Positions 28,908 to 42,318 of a DNA stretch of 64,000 bases are shown one piece after another. The position numbers and the translations under genes are program-made. The stretch is from Parasitella parasitica NRRL 2501. Taxonomy: Eukaryota; Fungi; Mucoromycota. Each line of letters opens with the position of its first letter. Position 1 is the first letter of the stretch. Under the pieces are notes generated by a model. It did no database searches. It was not told the DNA's origin and worked only from the letters and a program-made list of their open reading frames with translations. The DNA lies in contig MU619246.1 of the NCBI GenBank assembly GCA_025201805.1, forward strand, positions 51,627 to 115,626, in the 5' to 3' direction.

Positions 28908-30109
28908 CTGTGGATATTAAACGATTTAGAGTGGAAAGAAAAAGAGAAGGATAAAGAAAAATGAGGCCTTTTTTTTTGTATACAATATATTAAGGAGAAG
29001 AGAAGAGAAACGCTTTAAAGATGAGCACTATAGAATTTCAAAATAATAATGAATCTCCCCCCATAAAAGAAAAGACAATTGTCTTTTTTTTTTTCTCGCT
29101 GGTTTTGCTGATACTGTTGAATTGTTTTGCAATATCTTGACTTACGATACAAATATCTATCATGCAGTATTTTTTTATATAAGTATTTACATATTATACA
29201 ACATCAAAAAGCCAAGACAGAGGAGAAAATGTTGGTTTTTATAGGAGCATGATTTGAGATTTTACACCCTTTGGAAAACCAGCATTTTCACCATCTTTTC
29301 AGCTGTTTTTTTGGCAATGGTATTTACCTTGTGGAAATGGCGATTGAGCAAGTGGAAAGGGAATTAGAATAAAAAAGAAGGAAAGAAAGAAAGAAGAGGA
29401 ATTCAACAGGAAAGTTATATATAAAGCACAAAAAATGTCGCCGTTCTTCGTTCGTCGTCCGTAAACCCCAAAGGGTACTATGATGCTTGCACATTTAAGC
29501 TCGAAATCAATAGTGGATAAAAAAAACTCCCCTTATTCAAGATATTTTAATTAGTTTGCACAACATTGTCTTTGTGTTTTATGTAATATTTCAATGACAT
29601 ATGATATACAACAGGGTCAATAAATTGTATTTCTTAGATGGCTAAAATCACTCATTTATCGCGCACTAAAAAAGGTCCCCCAATAAACCTCCCCTAATGA
29701 ACCTCTTTCAATAGCGATTTAGGCGCAATTTATTCTTAGGCACCTGCTTCCATGCCTAAAATTTTCATCTAGAGTTGCTCCCTATTTTCTCTCTCTCTCT
29801 ATTAAGCCAGATTATCATATATAGTGGGTGCACGTGTAAATTCAATGTTTTGGCTGCTTCACCCACATCATTTGAGTCACATTGATGGATATATTCTTGG
29901 TTGCTGGGTGCTGGGTGTTGGTGCATAACCCTACTATCTGCTGTCTACTGTCTGCTAGTTGCCGTTTTGTTGTGACTAGAGTAAAAAAACGTAAAATTGC
30001 CACGATTACAGTGTCGATCTAGTTTTTCATCCCCTCGTACACGTACATACCCACATATATATATATTTGTATATAATATATATATATAAACATATATAAC
30101 ATCAGCTAC

Positions 30110-32235
30110 ATGATGCAGTTGACTCTAGAAGGTTTACAGCATACATTGACTGAATTTTCGGCCTTTGTCCAGTTTTTTGTCGCCATCTTGGGTTTGATGG
30201 CAATACTACTACCGTTTTTTCAGAGATTATCAATCCATCACGATGATACAACGTACATTCTACCCAGCTATATTACTTCATTTTTGCACAAGATGTTTAT
30301 TCAACTCGGGATTCCGCAAATAATGATGTATATCAGACCACAAGAGTATTATGACAACTTGGCCAAAAAACTGAATGGTAGAGACAATAAACCCCTTTTA
30401 GAAACAAGTTTAACAAGAGCCATTACTCATACAATTGTCTAGAGAGCGAGTTGGCAAAGACTTCACAGGTTGCAGATATATGCTTAGCATCAAGCATTGA
30501 AGCAGATGACGATTCTTCATCTGTATCTGGCCTTGTAAACACAGGAAACACCTGCTTCATGAACTCTGTTTTACAAGCATTGTCGTCGCTACCTCATTTA
30601 CACAACTATCTAGAACATGTTAGTCATATTTCCACAGGAGTGCCATTGCCAGTAACTCGATCGCTGCTGAAAACCATCCGATCATTAACAGTGCCTTTAT
30701 ATCGTCGCTCGTCGTTCCGCCCTGTCGATATTGTAACGGCACTATCGTCAAACAGACGAGTCATTAGTCGCGAACAGCAAGATGCTCAAGAGTTTTTTCA
30801 AGTCGTGTCTAGCGCAGTGGACGCAGAGGGGCAGTTAGTTGCGAAAACAGAGCAGCTAGGCGGTGGGTTACGAGATTTGTTGAGCCAAACAGCCTTGAAG
30901 GGTGTTGTTCGTCCTCGGTGGGTACAGAAGCCTTCATGCACCACTACTGCAATGACGACTGCGAACGGTCATTTGGAGAACCCGTTCACGGGGCTTTTGG
31001 CAAGTCGGTTGTCTTGCATGCAATGTGGCTATACAGTCAGTATAAATGTCGAATCTTGTGATTTCTCGGTTTTAGCACTAAAAAGTAACCTTTTTTTCAG
31101 GGTGCAATTCGACACTTTTCATTCAACAACATCCAACTCAATGTGCCTAATAAGGTAACGTGTGGAGGAAAGCAGAGCATGACATGGCATGTTATACTAA
31201 CCGTCTTGTCAGTATACGGCAACACTGGAGGATTGTTTATCCCAGTTTACATCAATGGAATACCTACAGGATGCAGCCTGCAGAAAGTGCTCATTTGAGG
31301 CCACAGTACAAGCATTGACAGCAGAACTCGAATCTTTAAAACAGCACTCCTCCCGGAAGCAGAAAAACGACATAAAAAAGAAGCGAGAAGCAGTAGTTAA
31401 GCTGGTGTCCCTAGAAAGAGCCAAGCAAGAGATTGAGCATAGATTGCATGTAGGTAGAATCGAAGAAGAAAGCGACCACGACAAGGTGCCACTGTTACGC
31501 TCCGTCAGTCGCATGAGCAGTAAACAGGTCATGTTGGCCAAACCACCCAAGGTCTTGTGCCTGCATATCTCTCGATCTGCATTTCTAAGCACAGGCGCTA
31601 TTTACAAGAACACCTGTCAAATCTTGTTCCCCGAGTACTTGGATGTGTCGCCCTTCAGCACCAACGGCACATTACACACACAGCCCGCTATACCCATCTC
31701 GATCTCAAACGAAAATGGGCCTGACAGAGGCTTTTACTATAGACTGATGAGTGTTGTGGTCCACTATGGTAGCCATAGCTTTGGCCATTTTGTTGCTTTT
31801 AAGCGTCGCATTTATGCAGATCAATGTAAATGCTATCAGTGTGCCGGCACCCCTTTATCTGCAAAAGAAAAGGCTGAACATTGGAAATGCCAAAACTCGT
31901 GGTATAGGATATCCGACTCAAAGGTCGACGAATGTTCCATTGAAGATGTAAAGAGGTCGAACCCCTACATGCTGTTATACGAACGTATGAATGAGGATGA
32001 CATGGACGCTGGAGACCAAGAGTATGAAGACGAGGACGAAGAGTGGAACGACGAGGAACAAGGAACAGAAGAGACACCTGAGACTGATTCTGAGATGGAT
32101 GGCAGAGAAAACAATGCTGCAACGACTAATTACACTAATACTTTTAATGACTACAACAATATACCAACTGACGATGCTGCCAAAGAAGCATTGCGCATTG
32201 CTACTGCTTTAATAATGGAAGACCAAAAGCAATGA
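30110..32235 (+). CDS. Ubiquitin-specific protease (USP30/Ubp1/Ubp16-like) with N-terminal TM helix, 4 exons
   Basis: Cys box GLVNTGNTCFMNSVLQAL, QQDAQEFF, His box VVHYGSHSFGHF, WYRISD. Confidence 0.9.
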
Positions 32236-32547
32236 AGATGTGCTGCAGGCGGCGAGTAATTCACCACGAAAAATTAGAGCTTTTCCCTACTTTTGTATAT
32301 AGTATAAACGTGCATCGCTTTCTATTTTTTTTTTTTTTTTTTTATGTTGTTTCTGTTTGTTCATTCTGTCTGTGCATTAATCAATAAATGCGTGCAACGC
32401 AATCAGCCAACCACAACAGCTGCTATTGATTCCTGAAAGATTCGATTGTAAACAGGATCAGTCGACAGCCTAAATTATTCATGACAAACGCCTCTGCATT
32501 TCGTCCTTTGTTCATGTGGTCTACGATGCAAAATTGACTTGAACGCT

Positions 32548-32586
<39 letters not shown>

Positions 32587-32984
32587 GTAAATTACATCTA
32601 CAAAACGATATTACTGGTTTTAAAGGAAATTGACCATTGATATTTTTTAAGGCTGAAAGAGGTTCACTATTGACAAGCTCTGCAGGACTAAATCTTGCTT
32701 CTTGTTAGTAGCAAAAATCCAAGATGTTTGCTGCTATGAGCTCAAGTTCTAAGGTTATTCACTGGATGGAAATGTAAGGAGCTTGGTAGATGACCCAGAT
32801 ACACACATACATACACGCACAGTTGAATATGTATCCGTGACCATCATGAATATAAAATGTGCGAGTTGGACGGGTTGAAGGCAAGAAGCTGAGTTTTGTT
32901 CATACGGCCGAGTTGCGAAACAAAAATGAAGCTCACAGCGTAAGTTGTAGTACCCCCTCTTCCCGAACATCTACAACCTTCGAA

Positions 32985-33516
32985 ATGGTAAAGACTAACA
33001 TACGGCACATATCGATGATAGAGAAAGAGAGAATGACACGGATTTGTGGAAAGATGGATTTAGATGAATGTATCAATCTTGGATGGATTGATTGATTGAT
33101 GCGTTGGATACGATTAATTGCCATGCCAACAAACAAAGAAAAATCAACGGAATAAAGCAGGTTGTGCAGGTCGTCTCTTTTTCTCTATCTTTGATCAGTG
33201 CACAGTTTATAAACATGTGTGGCTAATTTACATTGTCATCATACAGCCAAAGCAAATTAAGGATATCAAGGAGTTCCTTGAAATTACCCGTAGAAAGGAT
33301 GCTCAATCTGCTCGTATCAAGAAGAATGCTGACTCTGTCAAGTTCAAGGTCAGATGTTCTCGTTATCTCTACACTCTCGTTGTCAAGGACAAGTCTAAGG
33401 CTGCCAAGCTCAGACAATCCCTCCCTCCTGGTAAGTTGTGTTGGCTCGATATTTGCTGTCGCGTATTAACTCTTTTTTGTGCCTACACAATAGCTCTTGC
33501 TGTCAACGAGATCTAA
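32985..33516 (+). CDS. RPL38: 60S ribosomal protein eL38; introns 32988-33246 and 33431-33493
   Basis: ATG|GT first exon; [42 protein letters not shown]. Confidence 0.96.
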
Positions 33517-33649
33517 ATTTAAGCAAGCCTATCATATATAACTTGTAGCTTCTTTTTATTGTAGTTCCTTTTTCCCCCCCCTTATAATTAAAAGCATTGG
33601 AGAAAAAAACAAACTCTTTTCCGAGATGACAACAACTTGGTATTATGAT

Positions 33650-34656
33650 TTACATGTGCATTTTTGTGTTTTCAGAGTCTTGTTGGCTGTGTGATGATTC
33701 GTTGCGCTTTTGAATATCCAGTTCCACCTGAATTGCAGTCTTTTGTCTCCATAGTTTCTCTAATGTCGTTTGAGGGGAGAAATGCTGGAATTCTATTCAT
33801 ACACACAAGTTGTTAAAATTGTCTCTTGTTGTATCCCAACGACCCATTTACCTAAGATCATCTCGTTCACTTCATCTGCTATGCTGTCTCGGTGATGTTG
33901 GCCAGACCGATCATGATTTGCAACATCAGTGTAGGCAATAAGCACCGTTACATCATTTGTCAATTCAGCATACAGTTTGGGGTGTGGACGGAAGTGCATT
34001 TTGGCAAACTGAATAGCTTCAATAGCACCTTGCGTTCGCAATGTCTCTACAAATTGCTGGCAGCGTAATTTGTAAATGGTATAGTGTGATTTTGGCAATT
34101 TCGATTTATCATTGATCACATTTTCCGTTCGATTAATTGTATCGTATGTCCTCAATAAACTTGAAAAGTGCTTTTCGATCAGTGCAAATGCCTTGTTGAT
34201 GTCGCCTTGTCCAATTGCGCTGTGGATTTCTATAGCGTAGGGTGAGCTGACCATTTATCTTGAAGCAATACCTAAATCCTACCTCTTCTTGCATCTATCT
34301 GGCTCCACTCAATTTCGACTTTGGCATTCAGCAATGAGATTTCGGCTGCTTTCAAGTGAGTCGTGTCAATATAAATCCAGTGTCATTAATTAATGCAGCT
34401 CTCTTACTCTTACGCTTAGAACTGTTTGCGGCATTGGCTGGTTTGCTATCTAAATGTACCAATTCTTTAGTATCTGGGCTGCTGTTGCTACGTGTGCAAG
34501 AGTTATACCTTGATGACTTGCACACACTGTTAAGCGTTTGGAGCATTCGTCTAAACGTTTCATCTCGCCTAATAGGGCTTTTGCTGTATCCTTGTAGCAA
34601 TAATGCAGGAGATATTCCATTATAATGTCTTTGCAATCTGTGCTCGAGTCATCCAT
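33650..34656 (-). CDS. LisH/CTLH/CRA-domain protein (GID/CTLH E3-complex subunit-like), multi-exon
   Basis: LisH IIMEYLLHYCYKDTAKAL; CTLH IHSAIGQGDINKAF..LRCQQFVE; CRA RDSIADEVNEMIL; internal exon edges uncertain. Confidence 0.8.
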
Positions 34657-35218
34657 GGTTGCTTCTCTGGCGGTCGTAGGTATTTTAAGGAATACGGTAG
34701 AAAGAGAAAAAATCGATATCTAAAATCGTCGCACAAATACCCAGCACCATATACACGCACACACGCGGTACACTTTTGCACACAGTGAAGCAATGAAGGC
34801 CAATCATATCATACTGACACCGTGCTCCAATGAAGCCCAACTTTTACTATTTTCCATGTCTGATTTATATTGAAGCTCGGCTCAATTAGTGGCGTGGTGT
34901 CGTATGCGATGCAGCACGAGTCTTGGTGCAAACGCTAAACAAGAATCTTGAATTTTGTGGTGGTAACCATGAAGGTGCATATTCTGCAATAAACTCGATT
35001 TGGCGTTTGGTGCAACTAATAATTCGGCTGACATGAACATGTATATTATTGAAATCAAAAAATCGAAAAAGAGAAGCAGCGGGGAAACATTTCTAATGCT
35101 TCAGACATCTATATTTTTATTTTATATAAAAGATCTAACTGATTTCTTTTCTCTCTCTCTCTCTCTCTCTCTTTTTGTCTCTTGTACTAATTAGTTTGCA
35201 AATTGACTTTTCTTCCAA

Positions 35219-36983
35219 ATGTCGGATAAAGTATCAATGGAAATCGAACGTCAACAAACACCCATTACAAAAGTCAATGCCTATGAAAAGGCCAAAGACA
35301 CATCGGTGACGTATGTTGATGGCTTCAAAGAGGAAGACCATCTATCAATTGAATCAGAGACGCAAGAGTACGTTCTGAAGCAACCGCCAGATGGCGGCAG
35401 GGCTTGGTTGGTTTTATTTGGCTGTTTTTGCGTAAGTGTTTATTTCTTGTTTTGCTGGAAATCCCGAGATTGGAAATATTAACTTTATTGAAACAGGGTC
35501 TTTTTTGCACGTATGGCATATTATAGTTCAGAACTTTACACTGTACCAACTAACATTTAATAGACAAGGCTATAACTATGTTTGGGGTATATTTCTGAAT
35601 TATTACAATCAGAATGTTTTTCCAGATCAAATGACGGCATTATCCTGGATTGGTTCCCTATGGCTAGCACTTGCCAACATCGTAGGCCCGTTTTTTAGCT
35701 GGTTCGTTGTCAAAGTTGGCTACAAATGGATGCTGATTTCGGCTGTTATTCTGTGGACGTTGGGCATCATGATGGCTAGCATTGCAACAGAGGTACAAAA
35801 TGCTAAAGGAATTGAATGGACCTCAAGAGCTGGAGGTAGCTAACCCTTTTTCTTTTCTTTTTTTTTTTTTTTTTTTTNNNNNNNNNNNNNNNAAAAAAAA
35901 CAAGATATGGCATCTCTATTTGACACAGGGTGTACTAATGGGCGTCGGTGCTTCTTTGGTGTGGTTCCCTTGTGTCAGCGCTGCTCAACAATGGTTCTCA
36001 AAACGCAGAGGTTTAAGTGTGGGTATTGCGATTTCAGGCTCAGGGTTCGGTGGTCTCATTCTCTCTAATGTGATACAAGCTGTTATTGACCATTTGGGGT
36101 ATCAATGGGCTCTCCGTGTTGTTGGCTTCATCTCGTTCGTGCTACTCATCATCGCTGCCTGCACTGTGCGACCTTTGAATGTACCTCAGAAGAGCGAAAT
36201 CAAGGTCTTGGACTTGCGGCCTTTCCGCAATTTCCAGTTTGTCTTGCTATTCGCTATCCAATTCATTGGCAATTTTGCCTTTAATGTAAGTATAAAGGGA
36301 ATGCGTATGCGTATGCGTGTGCGTGTGCGTGTGCGTGTGCGTGTGCGTGTGTGTGTGTATGTGTGTTTAGCGACTAACTTTTACCGCTGGAATAGGTTCC
36401 TTCTAGCTTTTTGCCCGGTAAGTGTCACTATAATATTAACGAATAGGGGTTAAACGTGCTGACCTGTTTACGTATAGCCTACGCCGACTATCTCGGTTTG
36501 GACCCCTGGATCGGTACCAACATGTCTGCTATTATTTCAGGCGTCATGATTGTAGGTAAAATTTCGAGTGGTTTCATCAGTGATTACATGGGTCGTGCCA
36601 ATATGACGTTTATTACCACCACCTTGACTGGCGTAATGTGTCTTGCTGTCTGGCTTCCTGCGACAACCTCAGCTGCTATCTGGGCATTTGCTGCCCTGTT
36701 TGGTTATTTTGGTGGGGGGTATCTCGTCATGGTTCCTGCATTATTGGGTCAAGTAGTTGGTATGGAGGATATTGAATCAGCTAATGGCTTGTTATTCTTT
36801 GCTTGGTTCTTTGGCGGGCTATTTGGTTCCCCTATTTGTGCGGCCTTGATAAATGACGCTAGTGACCATCCTACCTATAACCATGCCATCATCTTTGGCG
36901 GCGTGCTTATGGTTTTTGCTGGCCTACTGGCTTGGGTAGTTCGTGTGCTGAGAGCTGGCTGGGCACCTTTTGTCAAGGTGTAA
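35219..36983 (+). CDS. MFS transporter, monocarboxylate porter (MCH/SLC16) family, with micro-exons
   Basis: PPDGGRAW, QWFSKRRGLSVGIA.SGSG.GG, LGYQWALR, SDYMGR; multiple TM helices. Confidence 0.92.
36301..36367. repeat. Intronic (GCGTGT/GCGTAT)n microsatellite
   Basis: Tandem hexamers forming an alternating purine-pyrimidine tract. Confidence 0.85.
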
Positions 36984-38324
36984 CGAATGTGCTCATTACG
37001 ACCATTTCATTCAAATACCAATTTTTGTATTATCTTTGTTGTACATTTCCTTAGATCACAAAATACACTAAAATAGATGTAATTTATCATAATTCTCCTG
37101 ATTCTTAATAATAGATATTATACTCTACGCTAAACAACTTTAAGTAATTTATACTCTTTTTCACATTCGCTTTTCAGGAGAATCTTTGCATTTCATTACA
37201 CCAGTTCGCCACCTTAGATTTGGTGAAATAGCTAGGTGAGACAATTGATCACAGATCAGTGGCAGGCTAGATTCTTGAGGATCAAATTTATTGTGCGCTT
37301 TGGAATCGTCAGTGACCAAGTGTCGGTACAGTTTGATTGATATTGTCATCGATTTGGTTGCAAAATATTGATGTTGTCTCAGGATTTACAGACATAACTG
37401 CATTGTACTAGCTGCTCTACACATTCAACATTACTGAATACATTTAAAAGCAACTCCTGGTTTAATTGCGATGGGAGGGGGTTCATTATTGAGACGATAA
37501 ATAAATCTAGACAATCGCAAAAAATGAAAAATACAAATAAACTAGCTTTGTGATATAGACAAGAAGTAATAGGATTATTCTGTAGTGATAATGCCCAATC
37601 TCTCGCTACCAGTAAGAGGCTTTTGCACTGCGAAAAGCTTCACTTCAATTTATCAACCCATTATCTGCTCAGACCGTATTGTAAGTATACATAATACGGC
37701 GTTGCGCGTTTTCCTATGCAAAAATTTGACACGATTGCTGTCAGGCGTAGACGCCATCAGCACTTGCAACCTTCACTTTTTGAAACATCTCCTGCAGCCG
37801 TCGCTATTTTTGTAGCAAGGAAGAAGAGCGCCAAATTAGTAATAAAGCTTGATTGCAAGAATAGAGACACGCATGATTTGTCAAGCTCAATAGGCTCATA
37901 TCTGTTAAATTCCTATGGCGGCGCTGTCGAATCAATATGGCCTGATCTCTCGATAAAAGAAATAGTTATCAAGTTCCAGTAGACAAGCACTGATAATAAT
38001 ACGACTCTATTTCGTGTTTAGTTATTTCCAACAAAAAATAACAATACTTGAACAAAGGAAAATACCATTAGACTTGAACCCTAAAAAATGAAATCGTATT
38101 AGATATATATCAAGACAGATGCTTATAGAAAACAGGTAAAAAAAAACACATATTTTTAGATGTGATGATGGAACCGTCAAGTAAACAAAGCGCATTGATG
38201 GATAGTAGACGATAGAAGAGTTCCATGTAAATAAAACTCGCCTTGTCATTTGACAGGACCTCTGGTGAAACCTTATCAAACCAGACCGGGAGATGAAACC
38301 TGTGCAACAGACGAGATAATCGAT

Positions 38325-38589
38325 ATGAAAATGATGGACATTTTGAACCCGAAAGCCCATCCACTTGTTTCCTCTTCTTTTTTTAGACAATACAAAAATG
38401 TGCACAGAATTCATACAACTGGCGAATTCTTCTTTACCGAAATACCCCAATTTCTCAACAGTTCTAGACAACAGCAGCAGCAATCAGCAGCATCTGCTAC
38501 CTTATACCTCCCTTGTCTGTCGCTGTGCATTGAATAAGACACTTGCAGAGAACAGAGAATCAATTGATTCGGAGCAAGCATTGGTAGAA

Positions 38590-38632
<43 letters not shown>

Positions 38633-40095
38633 CCGCTGTTGTCACTCATAAAGAGGACGAGGTGAAATCAGGTATGTCTGACAAGTGTTTGTAGACACTT
38701 TTCTTCTCATTGTTGTCATGCATGCGTATCTAGGCTCAATCATAAATACACCTATCACTACACCAAAGCTCATTTTTACTCATAATCTTCCAGACAACTT
38801 TTTTTGTTCCAGCTCGCCCCCTGCGCCTATATCTCCTATCAGTAATCTTGCGTCCAGCGTGAATTCACCAGCATCATCTCCACATATCCATCCTATTGCC
38901 ATGAGATCTTACCCTACAATTGATCCAATTAGTGAGAGCACCGTGACAAGCGATTCAATAACTCCCTATTACAGCAGCAATATACCCGTACGCAAAGAAT
39001 ACAAACACAACCAAAACCATTACCACAGATCCCACCAACTCTCGTTGGGTGATTTCCTGATAAAGCAGACAGTAGGCACTGGCTCATCAGCCCGCGTCCA
39101 TTTGGCTCAGAGCAAGGTGAATGGCAAATACTATGCTATCAAAGCCCTGAATAAGAAGGATTTGGTTACCAAACGCCAGATAGAGCATGCCAACAATGAG
39201 CGGGATGTGTTGGGGTCTGTATCACATCCTTTCTTGGTAAAGTTGTGGGGCAGCTTTCAAAGCGAAACTCATGTATTTCTCGTCATGGATTACATTCCGG
39301 GCGGCGAACTGTTCCGCCAACTTCGCAAGGAAAAGGTAACTCGTGATGTAAAAAGCATAGAATTTACATATTTATGCCATTGCTCGATTAGAAATTTACT
39401 GAAGATGAGGCTAAGTTTTACGCTGCTGAGGTTGTGTTGGCCATTGAGTATTTGCATGGCATAGACGTAGCTTATCGTGATTTGAAGCCTGAAAACATCT
39501 TGGTTGATCGCCACGGCCATATCAAGATTACCGATTTCGGATTTGCCAAGAGAGTCATTGGCCGCACATGGACTGTATGTGGCACTCCGGATTACCTGGC
39601 ACCAGAAATCATCCGTTCTCAAGGTTATACAAAAGCTGTAGATTGGTGGAGTTTGGGCATTCTTATTTATGAAATGCTCGCAGGGTAATTATTAACACTC
39701 GACATGAATTCCATCATCCTAACACGCGTTATAGGAGCCCGCCATTCACATCAAAAAACCCAGTTGAACAGTACCAAAAAATTCTCGAATGCGACATATC
39801 ATTCCCTTCGTACATGAGTTCTGACGCAGTTGATTTATTACAAAGCCTGTTGAAGCTCAATCCATCCGAAAGGTATGGAAACTTGAAAGACGGAGCAAAC
39901 GACATCAAGAACCATGCTTGGTTCAAAAACATTGATTTCAACCAGGCAATGGCCCGTAAATTGACGCCACCATTTACCCCAGACATTAAATTTGATGGCG
40001 ATACCCACTGCTTTGCTTCTTATGAGGAAATGCAACTACCCTACCATTTGATACACACCAACGAGCCTTACTGCTCTCATTTTCCCCACTTTTGA
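38325..40095 (+). CDS. cAMP-dependent protein kinase catalytic subunit paralog with long N-terminal extension (start uncertain: 38325/38331 or 38398)
   Basis: [43 protein letters not shown]-terminal FPHF (FxxF). Confidence 0.88.
38592..38629 (+). repeat. (GCT)n coding microsatellite (poly-Ala)
   Basis: ~12 tandem GCT units. Confidence 0.85.
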
Positions 40096-42318
40096 ATGCT
40101 AATAAATTCTGTCGCTTGTACCGCTTTATTTTTAACAATAGTCAGAGTCTTCAGAACCCAAGCTGTTCAAATTTAACGGGGTATCTCATGACGCTGCCAA
40201 TGCCTTGAAAGCATCACGTACACCAAAGCAACACTTGCCTGACAAGCTACCCAAGAGTATACTATGGCCATCAGTGATGATGAAGCCAAATTACGTGTCT
40301 GTTTCGAAAAGTTAATAAAGAGCCTCTGTGTGGGGTTTGTTGTATCCATATAAAAGCTACGTATGTCATGTCTAACACAGTTATAATGTACGGATCATGA
40401 TATTCATTGTTAGTAATCCTTGTACAAACAAGGAATAAGCTACAAGTTGTGATTGAACCTCCTGCAAGGTTTTAGGCATAGTCAAAGATTACATCAAGAT
40501 CAGATCGCTGGAATTCAAGGACACAACTTGCTCACATCTTTAATGTAAGATAAAATAATAGGTCTGTTCCTGGAAATGCTGTGATTTAATAATGTCTGAC
40601 ACTTCCTGTCAAACATCAGATGTTATGTAGATAAAAATTGATTAGAATATATTTTAATATAAATAGAGATCATATCTTATATCAATAAAAGTCTTCAGTA
40701 GTGTATCTGGGTTAATTTAGAGAAAGCCTTATTTACTTTTTTCATACACCATCTATACAACAATTCGCTGCGCCCTTTACACTGGCACAACATGGATTAT
40801 CTCTATTGTAATACGCTATTTGTCCTCATAATTAGTCATTGTATAGCATGCAGTCATGAGCATATATCTATATCATTGCACATATTATACAAGTCTGCGT
40901 AGTACCAGAGAAGATATTATGGTTACCACTATTTCAACTCAGTTGTCATCATGGCAACCGTTCCTGATCGGATCAAAGGTTAAATGTAGTCAATATAAAG
41001 TCTTGTAAAAGTAACCATCTATTTGGGCTCCTTTACTGATTCTAAATTAGGAAACTTGTCGATGAAATTTTCACACTCATAATGAATATTAGAGATAGGT
41101 CCTGCTCTGACTACTGCTGTATTGACTAATTGTGAATATATATCGCTTTTTACTGCTTAAAAGTGTCCCATTTTGAGAGATCCAAGCAGGTTATTCCAAC
41201 TTTTTTTAATTAAAAAATCCATCTGTTTACTCGTTTTGATTAACTCTAAACTAAAATGTATTTAAATGTTATTATACTTCAGATGTTGCAGATTATAGTC
41301 GTATTATTCTCAATTTTTCGATTTTTTACATGATTTTAAATATTTTCCAGAGTTGCGTAACAAGATATTTTACGGTATTAATTTGATGAAATACCCTCAG
41401 TGCAATTTATTATCTTTCTCGCCATTATTTATTGCTATTACTTTGAGAGTAACATGATAAGAAATCACAGAAGTTAAAAGAATACGTTCGTATTAATCGA
41501 AAATTTTTCACTATTTTCTGTTCAATTTCAAGTGATTTTTGAATATTGACTATTAAATTTACATTTTGTTGCTTTTAACATACCTATAGTTTTTGATATA
41601 AAGAATTTATTATAAAAAAAGGTGCAGTCTTGCCTTTTCGAAAGCTACCCAACTAGAATAGAATTGAAAAACCAAACAAATACATTATGGCTTTGTTTTC
41701 ATTTTCAATGCTCTTGTGATCTTGTGAGTATACATGCCGGTTATTTCATCGAATAAGCTTTATTTATTAGATGGTTCTGATTTTTCGCTACATCCTTTTT
41801 CTCTTGGGTAAAGATTTCCTCTTGATCTTCTGAGGGGCCTTCCAAAATTGTTAGAATAGTCTCTGCTATTACTCAGTTTGAGGTTCTGCCATAATTTGAT
41901 CAAAATATTGCTTGCTGTAGTCTGCCGATGGACAATGGTTTAAATACATTTGGCTGTTCTTCCGTCATCTTGGGCATTTTTACTCTCCAGACGTTTAACG
42001 CTGGCTGGCACTCCAAGTGCATTAGTTGTATAGTCTCTGGCTTTTATGTCTTGGAATTTTTGCTGTAATGGTACTTGACATGGTTTCTATGAGGTATTTG
42101 ATATGTTTTATTCAATACTGCGTATATAGCAAAATGCTGATGAACGTTTTTGAGCAGAGATGGATTACATAAAACTTGATTTTACATCAAAATCGCCTGA
42201 AGAACTCAAAAACTCGGGGAGATACAAGAACAGCTTGTCTGATTTAACAACAGACAGTCTTTTCTTTACCTTTTTTTTTTCTTTTTCCAACAATACATTT
42301 TACATTTACTTGAGCAGA

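Noticed and set aside
40140-42100. Coding-like fragments (also 15630-16130, 37160-37980, 50640-51420, 59840-60160)
   Set aside because: Short, stop-interrupted and unrecognisable; possibly relics, but unsupported without a homology search.
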